64,000 bases of DNA, taken from Raillietiella orientalis (taxonomy: Eukaryota). Of this stretch, positions 37,522 through 50,184 are shown piece by piece (the first letter of the stretch is position 1; the number at the start of each line of letters is the position of its first letter). The position numbers were made by a program, and so were the translations under genes. The notes beneath the pieces were generated by a model. The model ran no database searches, was not told the DNA's origin, and saw nothing but the letters and a program-made list of their open reading frames with translations. The stretch is from the NCBI GenBank assembly GCA_036172245.1, contig JAYWIR010000042.1, forward strand, positions 744,001 through 808,000. Direction: 5' to 3'.

Positions 37522-40500
37522 GTCAGAGCACGTATTTTTTTTCAAAGTTCAAACTAAATGCGTATCTTCTCTAGATGCTGCTTGTGGAAGTTACGTATGT
37601 ACATATGCATGCACAGAATAAGAGTTAGGGATGTCCGAAACGTATTTTTTGCACCCTTTTGTGAATTCTAGGTTCGCAGTTGTGGGCTTTGCACAGAAAG
37701 TGATGCAGTTGCACGTTCGCGCCAGTTTCCGAATTCCATGTGTGCAATGAGACACATGGCATCGTGTATGGCATTCTCAGGCGGATGATATTCGTCCACG
37801 TTAAAGATGTCTATGACTTGAAGTGTTCAAAGAGTACTACCTTGAGAATGTGCTAGGGTAAATGCAAAGATTCAGTTGGAAATGGATGCGGTGATAAGCT
37901 ATTAAAGGATTCCAGAAAACTGTTAAACTGTGATTTTTCTCTCCGTTGCACTCTACAGAGTAGCTGTTGGCTAGGGACAACATCCGACGAGAGCCAAATC
38001 CAAGGTGAATAATCCAACTGGGTTATTCAAAGCCTGTCGAGAAGTCTGTTGCAATATCTCGCTGTTCTCGCAATTCGAAGCTAACTGTACAGTGTTGAGG
38101 CTTAAGTTCCATGAAACGGATCAATAAACTTTAAGAGGCTGCTGAATCTGAGATGCACCGGAAACGAAGACTGGTTCTGAAGCATGAGATTGAGGGCTTA
38201 TGAGACGTGAGATTCACCTATGTCTTTTAGAGCTATGTTTCTGTACGTTGGGTCATGACATCGAGAGTTTCATTGTCTTTCTTCAAAGATAGTGAGTGTG
38301 GTCTTCGTGACAGAGGCAGATGTCACCATAATGGAGTTATTCATGAAAAAGCAGCTGTTAATACACTGACTTCTCCATCAGGAAATTGCTATTTTTTTAA
38401 AACATTTCTGAGAGCTCTTCGTCTGCCGGCTTACCGACTCAGTGTACGTGTTCGAAACAACTTTTCAGGGGCAAAGTAAAAACCATTTGTCTGTACAGCA
38501 AGCGTATAGACTACAGATGAATGATGTTTTCCTGATTTACATGGTTTCAATTGGGACAGCGTCTGAAGGAAGGAGGGAATCAGGATGTCGGGCTTCTTTG
38601 TCTCGAGTATTTACGTCAAAATCCATTAGCGTTTTTCGTCGTTAACATCTTTTAATTAATTTCCGTGAGTTTTTTTTTTTTTTTTACCTGAAATCTTCGA
38701 TTTTCAACTTCTCTCAAGCCATAACATTTTCCTTTATTCCATTCTTTTTTTCCGGTCTTTGTGGGAACGTTTTTCTCAGAAGGTGATTCAAATTGTTGGA
38801 TTCTCCGACTCCAAGATGATGTAATACCATGAGCTGTAGGAACTAAAGACTTCCACCATTAGAGGTGCGCTCAACAGTGGAGTGTGGATATGTGATTTTT
38901 ATCAAAAGATGGGACCAGAAGCAGGTCATCCGATGGGCAATTTAAGGTCAAGTCGGAAGAGAAGACAGATAATTTTCTGGAAGAACAGCACTTCTATCGG
39001 GAGGGGGGTACCTGCTCTCCGAGGGTCGCTCGAAGGTTTATTGCAGGAATCGATGGTTTCGCGAAAAAGACGGGATCCCAGAAATGCTTTCTTCTATGGT
39101 CCCAACGAAGAAGCCTCCAAGCAAGCATTTTTCACGGCCTGCACCGTGAAAGCTCAGAGAAGTGCTGCAGCTGCACCTCTTGGCAAATGCTCGAATGGAG
39201 CTCCCCCCAGACACCTGGATTGGCAGATGGCAAGTAAGTTGCCAGTTCTCTCAGTTTTCTGTTCAGGGAACCAAGTATATAATAATTCATGGCAGCGCTC
39301 TTTCGAGCAAGATGGAGCCACCAACGAGCAAGTTTGAAAACCAGCTTGTTCTTTGCCCTGTTGTGAAACACCTCATCGCAATACATGCCATGCCTTCTTC
39401 TGAATCGAAGGATGGAGCCCAGAGAGATCTTCTGTTTAACCAGACGGTTCGCTGAGGACTGTGGCTGAAATGCCACCGTGGCTGCGAACACAACAAAATT
39501 TTTCCTATCCTAGAACCCGTGGACACCGAATTCCCTGCATTTTCATGACAACACGCATACTATTTTTCACTCAGTCGTGGAGTTTTCAATTTCTCGTGTT
39601 TGCTGGGTTGCTACGAGACGCACTTGGTGATTTGCTGGCTGAGATGCGTTTGCGTGAGAGGTCAAGCTTGATGAGGGCCTCCGGGAAGCTTCGGTTGCCA
39701 TGGCATCCGCAGTATGTGAAAGAGGCATCTGATTGTGTACAACTGTTTTAGGCAACCGCACAATTAGGCACAGTTGTTGAATGATTATTGCCATTCTCCG
39801 AATATGATTGGATGCTGCCTTCGTTTTCGTGGTACCTATTAATTGTTTCAATAGATGGAGTGGTTGACTCCTCGTGTTCGGAACATAGAAAATGTTCTCA
39901 GCAAAAGGTTCCCAGCATTTGCCAACGAAAGTTTCAATAGGCGTTTTTTTTTTTTTTTTTTTTTCTTTTCCAGTTATTCCCTGAACGACGAAATCAGTTT
40001 GCCCTTTGAAAACTCGGGTTTCCGCTGCATTTTCAAACGCCTTCTGAACTCAGTGAATGATACATAGAAAGGGAGGAGTAAAGGGTCTTATTAAGATAAG
40101 CTGTACATGATGAGAAAACAAAAGAAAGCAGCAAAAATGGCAAACATAAATTCAAATGAAAGGATAGGTACGCGATTTCGAGGAAACCGGTCCAGACCTT
40201 GGAGCCCGACCAGCTGGAAAAATCCGGTAACACTGCAGTTTAAGGATGGGGTGATCCTTCCCAGGGAGCATTTTGAAAGATAATCAAACAGGCATTCAGA
40301 AGACGAAAAGACTAGGTTGGCTTTTTTTTTTCTTCCTTGCATCGGAGCCACTACTTCCACGAAAGTACACATTTCGTACGCACTCCTGCGACAGGTATTT
40401 AGCACTGCTATACATTTTTAACCAGGAATCACTTTACCTGATCGTAGCTGAGCTGATCAAATCCAAGAACTTCTGTACGGCAAAATTTCTATCCAATTAT

Positions 40501-41808
40501 CGCATTCTCACAGCTAGGAAGTTATAAGCACGCGGAGAGCTTTTCCCTATTGAAGACACCGCCGATTTCGAATCGCTGAGGAAGATTTATTCCAGAGGTT
40601 CAAACGATCGCATAGACGTTAGCGTGCAAAGGAACGATGCCGTAGAAACGAGGTGGCAACGAGATGAAATCACGTGGAATCCTAACGAGATTAAAACGCG
40701 GATCCGAGATGAACTCTGAACTTTGGAGTGAAGGAGTTCCTTTGACATCCTGGTGCGGTCACCAGGATGACCTACCGAGTTGTATAATACTGGTTCGCTT
40801 AATGTAGTAGTGCCAAGCTAGAGCAGCCTGTATTTAAAATCGTATGAAGTTGCTTTCGGTTCATCTGTTCGATTCATCTTCCTTAGCAGCAACCCTTCTT
40901 TAGGGACAACTACTTTGAGGTTATCATCACCTTAAGCCTCGTTTCGGAAACGTTTGATGATTGACAGTGTGGAGGTGATCCGGAATCGAAACGGGCCGCA
41001 CCCCTCTTACGGTCAGGATAACTACCTGTGTTTTCCCGGAAACCGCGATGACAGGAACGAATGAGTTCGTTGAATCCAAACTCTGGAAGGGTTTTCCAAG
41101 GACGTCACCCTTTCGGAACGGCTTTCGATTCTTCGGCACGATCTTCCCATGCATTACTTCCACCGTGGATCCCTTTAAATGAAAATGAGCTATCGAGCTC
41201 AAGCCCCTCCCCAAAATAGACGTGGATTCCTCAATCATCCTTTGACCCGTCGCAGAGGCCTGTGGCTACATGCCACACGAATCGCTTTCTAGGCTGTTGC
41301 CACCCCATTAGAAACGTCATTTCATCATCGTGACTGTGGGGATTCTGCTCTGTGGACCAGATTGCACGGCATAACGGAAAGAAACCTGCGTGAGAACCGT
41401 CCACTTTGAATTTCCTTGTGAAACTTGGTGGGTTCAGGGCGACGGGTGGGGTGGGCGGATAGGTTCCCGAATGCAAGGGGGAGACGGGGGAAAAGGGGAG
41501 GGAGAGAAGGGGTGCAAGAACCCATATGGCGCACGCACACGCACGCTCTTTCTGCAGGATGCCCCCAAAGCGACCACGTGGTGGCGCTCGCATGTCTTGG
41601 ACACGGAAGCGCCCTCCGACATGGCCAGAGGCTCCGCGGGTAGGCGCCGAAAAAGCAGAAAGACTTCGCCATCAACAATGGAGGGATCCAACAATGCCCG
41701 GCGGAATAATGGAAGTCCGAAGTCGGGTGGTCGGCCGCAGTTTTCCACGCTTCTCTCAGAAGGAACTGCAAAACGCTGATAGCCACACAGCCGCGGCGCC
41801 GGAGCAGG

Positions 41809-44800
41809 ATGACCTCGTTTTGGAACTCGGACCTCGCGAATCTACTGGAACAGACATTTGACCTCAAGGCAGAAGTGATAAAAACCGCGAGCCTGGAAAC
41901 CATCTTTGAATTCATCAAATTATGGGAGACCCTGGAAGTGCAAATGGTCGCGGACTTCCTGCAGGAAGAAGAGCTCCAAGTCAAGCAAGCCGATGAAAAA
42001 TTGGAGGAAATAAGACGAATTCTATTGAAAGATAAGGACATACGGGAAGACGTGCTGCAAAATTTGCTAAAGTCCATCCGTCAGCATTTTTCGGATAGAA
42101 AGACAGCTTCCCATACAGGAAACGAAGGTGATTTGCAGAAGAGAGGCAAATGCCAAGTCAGTAACCAAGAAATATTTTGCAAACTTTCACTGGAATCGGA
42201 AAATTTGGATGTTTGTGAAGAAAAAACGTGAGAAGTTTTCCTTTTTTCCATTTTTTATTTCAAATATGGCATTTTCACCACATCTCTGACTTGCGTAATC
42301 TGTTCCATGAATTATTCCAAATTTTAAGTTTGATAAAAATCAAAAGCTCTTGCTAGTCGCAGATAGAAGTCAGTCCAGCCTAAAGAATCTCCTGATTTTG
42401 GAGATAAATCAATAAATGTATCCACCGAGCTGTCATCCTGCTATAAATGTTTCGAGGCTGACTTTCGTTTGCTATTTCATAGAAGCCTTTATAACAAGTT
42501 CGCCTTGTGTATTGAGATTATCTTCGAACTTTTTAGAGATGAAGAGCTTACTGTTTTACTAGTGAGTTTACAGGAATCAGACAAAAACAGGATATTGCAT
42601 TCGATATTTCCTGATGAAAACTTGAGCCCTTTGTCTTCTGCTGAAAATAATGCTGGAGGATTTCACTTTTACAAGGGCAGATGGCAAAAGGAAGAGACGA
42701 ATCCAATGGTAAATATCCGTTCCTCATGATGCTACATGATGATGAGATGCGATGTAACATGAGTTCTTGCGATTTGGAATACATTATTTTCCCCCGGCAT
42801 ATTCTTTTGATGAATTGCAAACCGATGAAACCAGTGCAAAAGATGTATGAAGAAACTGAAACACACACACACACACACATACACAGACTCCTTCAGATAA
42901 TAAATGAAATGTTTGCTGCTCTTCAAACTAAACTGCGAATTAGATATTCGTTTGGATTAGCAGTCCCTGGCCTTTCGTTCTTCCCATGCATGCTAATACA
43001 CTGCTTAACATCTGAGCACAGATCTGAAAAGTTTGCATCGTCGAGTGAAAGAGGATGCCTCCATTTGACATCGGTTACCCTTAGGACAGAGCTTCTCTCG
43101 TATGAATGGCACTCGCTAAGCAACGGAAGCAGACTCTGAAAATAACCCATGCATGCAGCTGGATGCGACGCACTGGGAACGCGACTGGGACATGGAGATT
43201 TTCCCGCAGGTCCTGCATCCTCTCACTGTACTGGTGTCGTCTTTTCCAGGTGAAACTCGTCAGCGTTCCCCCGCTGTCGAAGGTCCATGACGAGAAGGAG
43301 TTTCTTGATTTCGTGGAGAACTTGAAGATGCTCCAAACGATGCATTGTCTGATTCTTGTCGTCAACATTGACACAGATCCCGACTGGGAAGAGGTGAGTA
43401 CCAGCCCTTGCAGCTGCTGTCGTGAAATCCGATTCAGGGAGTTTTCGATATGCTGAAAATAATCAGCAGTTTGTTCGGGCTGGAATTCTTAGAGGAATTC
43501 ATTGTGGTATTCATTGATTTGCTGGGCGGTTCGGGAGCAAAAGAGGCGGACAACCAAAGAGTAAACAATAAAATAATCAATCACACGAATTCAATAAACA
43601 GCATGAGGAAGTAAGTCAGTTCTCGAAACATTGATTTGTGCGAACGCGGAGGACTTGAGCAGAGACCTTCTCAAAATCTCCGAAGAGCCGAATTTGAATT
43701 TCTTCCTCGTGTCCAACCTCGACCAGAGACAAATGAGCGAAGACCTGGAACGCATCGTGCCGCTGCTGCGCAAATCTCACCAATTTTTCATTTTGAGTAA
43801 GGGACGCGCGTTAGTGGAATTGAAGGTAAATGGATTTCAATCTGTACTCCGAAGTTCAGTTGCGGTTCCCCCTAGGGGTTGACTGTGAGCTTGGAATGCA
43901 TACTGAAGATAATCAAGCATTTCATGAGCACGGGGAACCACGATCGTCTCTATGATAACTGTTTCGACGTCACCAAGACGTGCCCAAAGTTGCTCCATCT
44001 GCTGGAAGAATACAAAGCCATCTATAATACTTTAATAAAGGACTTGGGAGATTTAGATTTTAAAGCAATACTTGACTGGCTGGAAGTGGAGAAGCCAATG
44101 TCCATTAAATCCTTCGACTTCCCGGAGTCCAAGCATCTGGAAGAGATCTTGGACGTTCTCTCCCGATGCCGCAGAATCCTTTGTAGCATTCGGGCCAGTT
44201 CGGAAGGTTTCGCGATCTTTTTCCATTTCGAGCAGCTTCTAAACAAGATGGATGAGATATTTCAGAACGACGAGTTTCACGAGGCTCGCGTGTGTCCATG
44301 TTTTTTCGAGTACTTTAATCGCGACGAATTGAGCAAACTGGCCAAGTTCCCTTTCGGGACGGACTGGTGCCGGTTTTCTCAGAATAAGCACACGGGCACG
44401 AACGATCCCCTGTACGAAGTGAAATTCAGTGAAGCCTGAGCTGTTTCCCGATCACCTCACCGTACCAAGATGCTTCATTCAGAAATCACGTTTCTATGGA
44501 ACTGAGCGACGATAAATTTTGGATGCTCGAGGACGTAGAAGGAAGTGCCCTTTGCTGGACTCCTGTTTATCAGTACATGTGGGATGCACCTGAGGAGTGG
44601 ACCTCTCTTCCTGGAAAATCTGCTCTTACTCCGGACGAAAAGAAGATCTTCAGCGAAAGAAGTGAAAGTCAGAAAGCATTTTACACCCCCTCGCTACCCA
44701 AATGTACGTTGAGAATCTTTCAGCTTGATTCTGATGCCGTTTCACATATTCATTATGTATGTGGCATGTGGATTATCGATAATAAAAGCTTTCCTATCTT

Positions 44801-44822
44801 TGCATGCGGAAAACATTCTTGA
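41809..44822 (+). CDS. Uncharacterised spliced gene (~690 aa): CARD-like fold, degenerate AIG1/GIMAP-type GTPase fold, second CARD-like fold, unknown C-terminal domain
   Basis: Phase-compatible exons 41809-42156, 42367-42708, 43250-43393, 43438-43610, 43663-43825, 43876-44428 and 44470-44822 with GT-AG introns of 210, 541, 44, 52, 50 and 41 nt. The first and last junctions are the weakest. Domain calls were made by eye. Confidence 0.7.
42861..42884. repeat. (AC)n microsatellite
   Basis: acacacacacacacacacatacac. Confidence 0.9.
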
Positions 44823-45201
44823 CCTCTGAGCTAGAAGAGTTCTTCTCATTGGTCGTGAAGATCCTTTCAGCGCGGGCGGTGTGAAAGCAGGGAGTCCTAA
44901 ACGCAAAATCAGGAAAATAAAATTGCTACATTCTGCCCAGATGTAGTGACTTCCATGCATTGGGTGTATCAGTAGGTTTGTTCCAGACTTCCGTTCCCTC
45001 TTTCAGCTACGCGAGCGACTGCATGCATTCCATGTGTCCTTATTCAGAACCGGTAAATCAAGAAAGCATCGAAATTCGAACGGCCATCCATCAGAAGACA
45101 AAATTCCTGGAATCTGAAAGGAAGATGAGTTAGCTGAAAGCGCATTCTGCAATAATTCACGTAAGTCACACGCGACCGCGAGTGCGAACAAAATGGTACG
45201 T

Positions 45202-45226
45202 TTCTTCTTCTTCTTCTTCTTCTTCT
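45202..45226. repeat. (TTC)n microsatellite
   Basis: About 8 TTC units. Confidence 0.9.
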
Positions 45227-48200
45227 CCTTCCACTGAAGCGATGAGAAAGCAACAGCTCAAGAATAAACCTTTCCTCCTTGCTTGCACGGAACTTTCTAA
45301 CGTTGTCGGTCCTAAAGAAGCATGCGTTTGGCTAATTTTCAAGTATCTTTGCTCTGCTCGTAGGAAGAGATTCTAAAAAAAAAAGAAAAAAATGAATGCT
45401 GGATATCAAGTAAACTGGCTTTTCATAATTACCATGCTAAACACAAGAGGTAAGCATTTCCTGAGGAACGAACGACGAATGGATGGTTTGCCCTTGGTCC
45501 CTCTCTCATATGAAAAGTGCTGCGTTAGACTTGGTTTCGGAAGACTAATGGAAAATTCTCTAAGAAGAGCGGGAACAGTTTGAATATACATACATGCACT
45601 GTTGGGAGAGTTCTAGCTTTTAAACAAGACGTTAAACAAAAGATGCTAGCCAACTTTGTCAGTTAAGAAAATGCACGCATCAACATTTTTGTGCACTCTG
45701 AATTCTTGTTCTCTTCCAAGAAAGACATTTTTTGAAAAAATATTTCAAAGAACAGGAATGATGTTTTGCAATACATGAAACACCATTGACAAACGGCCTC
45801 CAAACAGAGCTGCAGTCATTAGCCATCAAAAAATGGTATACAATGAATACATATCAAAAATGCTGACGGAGGAAGACAAGCCCACAAGAAACAGCCACTG
45901 TATCTCTTTCGAAAATCAACTCCTTCACGATGGAAGAAAAGGAGGTTTTCCGTCCTCTCGTCTAAATGGACCAATTCTCTGTTTCCGTTTACAAGCAAGA
46001 AGCCTCATATAAAATATACTTCCAGCTTTCTAAGGCTCAAGACAACCACTAATAGTGAGCTCCACAGATCGAAATTTTTCAATAGCAATCTACCTGCAAT
46101 AAACTGTGAAGAAAATCATGCTTTCTTTGCTGAACATATAAGAAACTGCCATGTAGACTTCAGGGTATTCCTTTTTGGGTTTCAGATGTGGTTTCATATT
46201 TTAGAAACGATTGCGGCAAACCTTTAAAACGCGATACCCGCAATGGATTCGATCTTTATAGGGCCACATAGGATTGACGCACAAGATCAACTTTGACAGA
46301 TCGGAAATGGAAAATTCCAAATAACGACAAAATGTTACCTTGAGGCTGCTCTTTGACCTCCCTAATGGCAAGGTAGTACAGTGCTGAGAGGGATGGCAAA
46401 CATAAGCAGGAAGGCTGCAAATCCGGGAGCAATCCAAGGAAAACGATGCTTATTCATTTGTTCCTAAAGATTATGCTGATTTCGTCCTGCTGTAGATGAA
46501 CGTCCTCATTTGCCAGCAGTGTGACGAGTGCCAGCAGTCTCCAAGTCTTCACTGTGAAGTTTTGAAGTGACCATCGCGCGCGCGCTTCCACTCGAGCGTT
46601 TGCGCACGGCGCTGGAGGGAAGATTTAACAGCATCAGCGATCCAGCTGAAGGGTACGTACCTATTCCAGCATTGAATCACAAAAAGTCACAGAACTGCAG
46701 AAAAAGGCGCGTCGCTGTGGGACGTCACGCTAGGTAGGTCATTTACACTGTCCCAAGAACCCGAAACCTAGAGGTTGAAAAGTTTGGGATTAATTTCTCG
46801 AAAAAGGGAAGCCGAAGGCACTTTGCAGACGTAATGGAAAATTTTCACAGTCTGACATGACGAAGAGAGGACTCTAACCGGCAAAATTTAATTTCTAAAG
46901 CAGGGAAAGGAGCGCGGAGAGAGCGAGAAGAACGAAGACGGGGAAAAATATGAAGAAATGCAATTTCGGAAGTTTGCACGACTTTGAAAGAAGGTGGGGG
47001 GATCCTTAAATCACTCCTGCCGGAATTCTTGGTTGCTGTGAAGGACGCAAGACCAGAGTGTTCCGTTTCGTGTGCACCAGAGGAGCATCCGAGTTTGCAG
47101 CTCATCACTTCCAGGTTTCGATTACGCAGCAATCATTTTACCCAAATGTGACCACCGGCAACTACGTCTGAGTAAAGGTGAAATGAGCCCTTAAACTGAG
47201 TACCATCCTTTCTACATGTGAGGTGAAAAGGACTTCCTTTTATCTGCCTCAGTTTCATTGGCTAAAGAATCATCAATTCTTCGTAGTGTCAGTCCGACTG
47301 TCCTGAATTTCTAAAAGTTCTGCTTCGAGGCTCTTGGCGGCTCGAACGAGAGAAGAAAATCAAAACGATGAAAGACTGAAAGATCTGAAATCATCTGAAA
47401 GATCTTTAATCGAGCTCGTAGCGATTCCTGGAAGCAGCCTTTGGCAAAGAATCTTGACCTCATGGTTCATACACAGGTCCATACATCTTTCTTTGGTTCC
47501 CTTGATCGCGTAAAAGTAGCCGAATGGAGATTGTGCTGACGTCATACCAATGGAATTTTGAAGCTTTCTAAATTCATTCCCAGATTATATGGAAACCTTG
47601 GAGACGAGTATTCTAACGAAGAAGAATACTCAAAAAATAAGACAAAAGAAGCCGAACACAGAACGTTTCGTGCACGATTTCAAAGTTTCTGTGCTCCATC
47701 CATTAAAAGAAATTTCCTGTGGTTTTTTTCTTTTATTGTCATGGCAGTATGGAAAAATGTGATGCTTTACTTTTGAAATTCGCAATAACGTAAGTTCAGA
47801 TTTCATGGCATCGCTGAAGGGCACACAATTCGTGGAACGCGACGTTCCTGTGCTCGGGAGCGGCCGCAAACTGATGACACATGAGTGGAAGTGACCCTCA
47901 CATTCAGATATCATGATTTTGACAATTCGCACCTCGGATGCTTCGTCAGGACAATTTGGTGGAACAGATATGCAATATCGGCATCAAGAACCAACTAAGG
48001 CTGTGAATTATTGACTGTGCTTTAGCCCGAATCAGCCATCAATAGAAACTTGCGCAGGAGAGAAGCCATTTCTTTCCGGTGGTCGCGAAAGGATTCACGA
48101 TGAAGAAGGACAACGTCATTCGAACACCAGTTTTTGGGATTCCAACTATATTTTTATTTGGTTAGCTTCAAAATTCTCCCTTGGCGGGATGATGTGAAAT

Positions 48201-48590
48201 GTGCCTCGTGGGAAGAAGTGATATGAACTGAATTGCACGACTGCATCGATAGTGGTGGACGTAAGACCATCGAGCGTTCAAGAACGGATTTTACGAAAAG
48301 AGCTCTCTTAAATGCCAAGAGATTGTGTTGAAATGAGATGAATCTGGTCTTTCATAATATCACTGGATAGGACGAAACTGTAGTCATAAAAACAAAGCAC
48401 GCTCTTGAAATGCAGTTTCGAGATGTCAGTGCAGATGAAATATGGACATCCGTGACAAAGAAGATTCAACAGGAAGATGCTAGAAGATTGATGTCCACCG
48501 CTCATGTGTGGTTTTTGTAATCATGTAGAAATAAGCAGTTTCTTTCAGGAAGTGACATTGCAATGGAAGACTGGAACACGAAATATTCTA

Positions 48591-49523
48591 CGAGGCTCAT
48601 TTCAAAAGTAAGAGCCGACCGGATATAAAGATAGAACGAATAAGAGAAAAAAAAAATGCATTGGCAGTTCCAAGCTCATACAGCCTCCATCCCATTTTTC
48701 TAAGTAGTCATCATTTCCTTTTCAAACACTTTTGATACAGCGGAAGAAGCTTCTTGAAACCGTCTGCAGCAAATTCCGCCGCCTGGGAGCTGAGCCACGT
48801 CAGCAGCACCGCAGCTTTCAGCTCCTCCCTTTCCCCCCTCGAGTCGTTGAGCCACTCCTGGAGGAGCAGGAAGACGTGGTAGTCACTGGTCAGGACTGTG
48901 TGGTGGGTGATCAAAAAGTTCCCATTTGAATTTCTGAATTGTCTGGAGTGAGCGGACAGCATGCGTTGCCAAGGCGCGCGTTGTCATGAAGGAGAAGAAC
49001 GATTCCTGATCTCAACAACATTCCACGTCGTCGGTTCTGCTCAATGGCACGCCGCAGTGTTGAGAGTGTTTCGACACAGTAGACTTGCAAAGCGATGGTT
49101 GTTCCAGACTCCATAAGGTCCACCTAAAGAACATCTTTTTAGTCCCACACGCTGCTGTCTGCACATTCCAGACAATTCGGAAATTCAAATGGGAACTTTT
49201 TGATCACCCACCACACAGTCCTGACCAGTGACTACCACGTCTTCCTGCTCCTCCAGGAGTGGCTCAGCGATTCGAGGGGGGGAAGGGAGGAGTCTAAAGC
49301 TGCGGTGCTGCTGACCTGGCTCAGCTCCCAGGCGGCGGAATTTGCTGCAGACGGTTTCAAGAAGCTTCTTCCGCTGTATCAAGAGTGTTTGGAAAAAAAA
49401 TGATGACTACGTAGAAAAATGGCATGGAGGTGTATGAGCTTAGGACTAGGGCAATGCCTTTTTTTTTCTCTTACTCGTTCTTTCTTTATATCCGATCGGC
49501 TCTTACTTTTGAGGCGCCCCTCG
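48591..49523. mobile_element. Non-autonomous mariner derivative with ~370-bp inverted arms
   Basis: Left end TA|cgaggctcatttcaaaagtaagagc mirrors right end gctcttacttttgaggcgcccctcg|CA. Decayed transposase motifs: LRRAI-QNRRRGML, LLHDNAR, SDYHVF, WLSSQAAEF, KKL-PLYQKCL. Confidence 0.9.
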
Positions 49524-49848
49524 CATTATGTGATGAGGGACGAAGGCCAACGCATTTTTCATGGGATCAGGATTCTTAGGAAGCCGTTTAATCCACAATG
49601 CAGCGAAGGTCAGGTAGTTAGAAAAATTAGCTGTAAAACCAGTGTTCTGAAGGCATGGGTCTTAAAATACAAATGCAGTAGTTACGAATTACTCCTCAAC
49701 TAAATCACGCACTGATACATTGAATGAGTACTCTATACAGATGTAAAGATGAGAGATGGCAATGGCAAACAGTGTTGTGAGGCTTCGGCTTTAGAAAGTT
49801 ATTCGACAGGAAGTACGTAGGTTGTCAATGATGTTTTGTGCTTTCGTA

Positions 49849-50184
49849 TTAGCGAACTCTCTCGGTGAGTTTTCTAAGTTGGAACTGTGTGGATTTGCAA
49901 AGTAGTTTAATTGAATTCATGGAACGCTCTCTTTCAACAAGGGCCTTTTCCAGGCTGAATCTTTGGTACGGCTGTTCATTAATCAGTAACTCCCTGCTTG
50001 ATACTATGAAAACATTCTTTAGTTTAAGCCTAAAGTGCTGCGAAGAATGCTGGACCTCAATTTCAAACAATTTCCGGATGACTGATCTGAAAATGGTGAG
50101 AAGTGTATGCCAAGTAGACAGAAGGTGTATAGCAAACAAACTCTTGCTGTTTCCATGTCCAGTAATCACTATGAACTTGCTCAA
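49849..50184 (-). mobile_element. LINE ORF1 N-terminal remnant
   Basis: SKFIVI...IRKLFEIEV...RSMNSIK resembles the I/Nimb ORF1 N-terminus. Confidence 0.3.
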
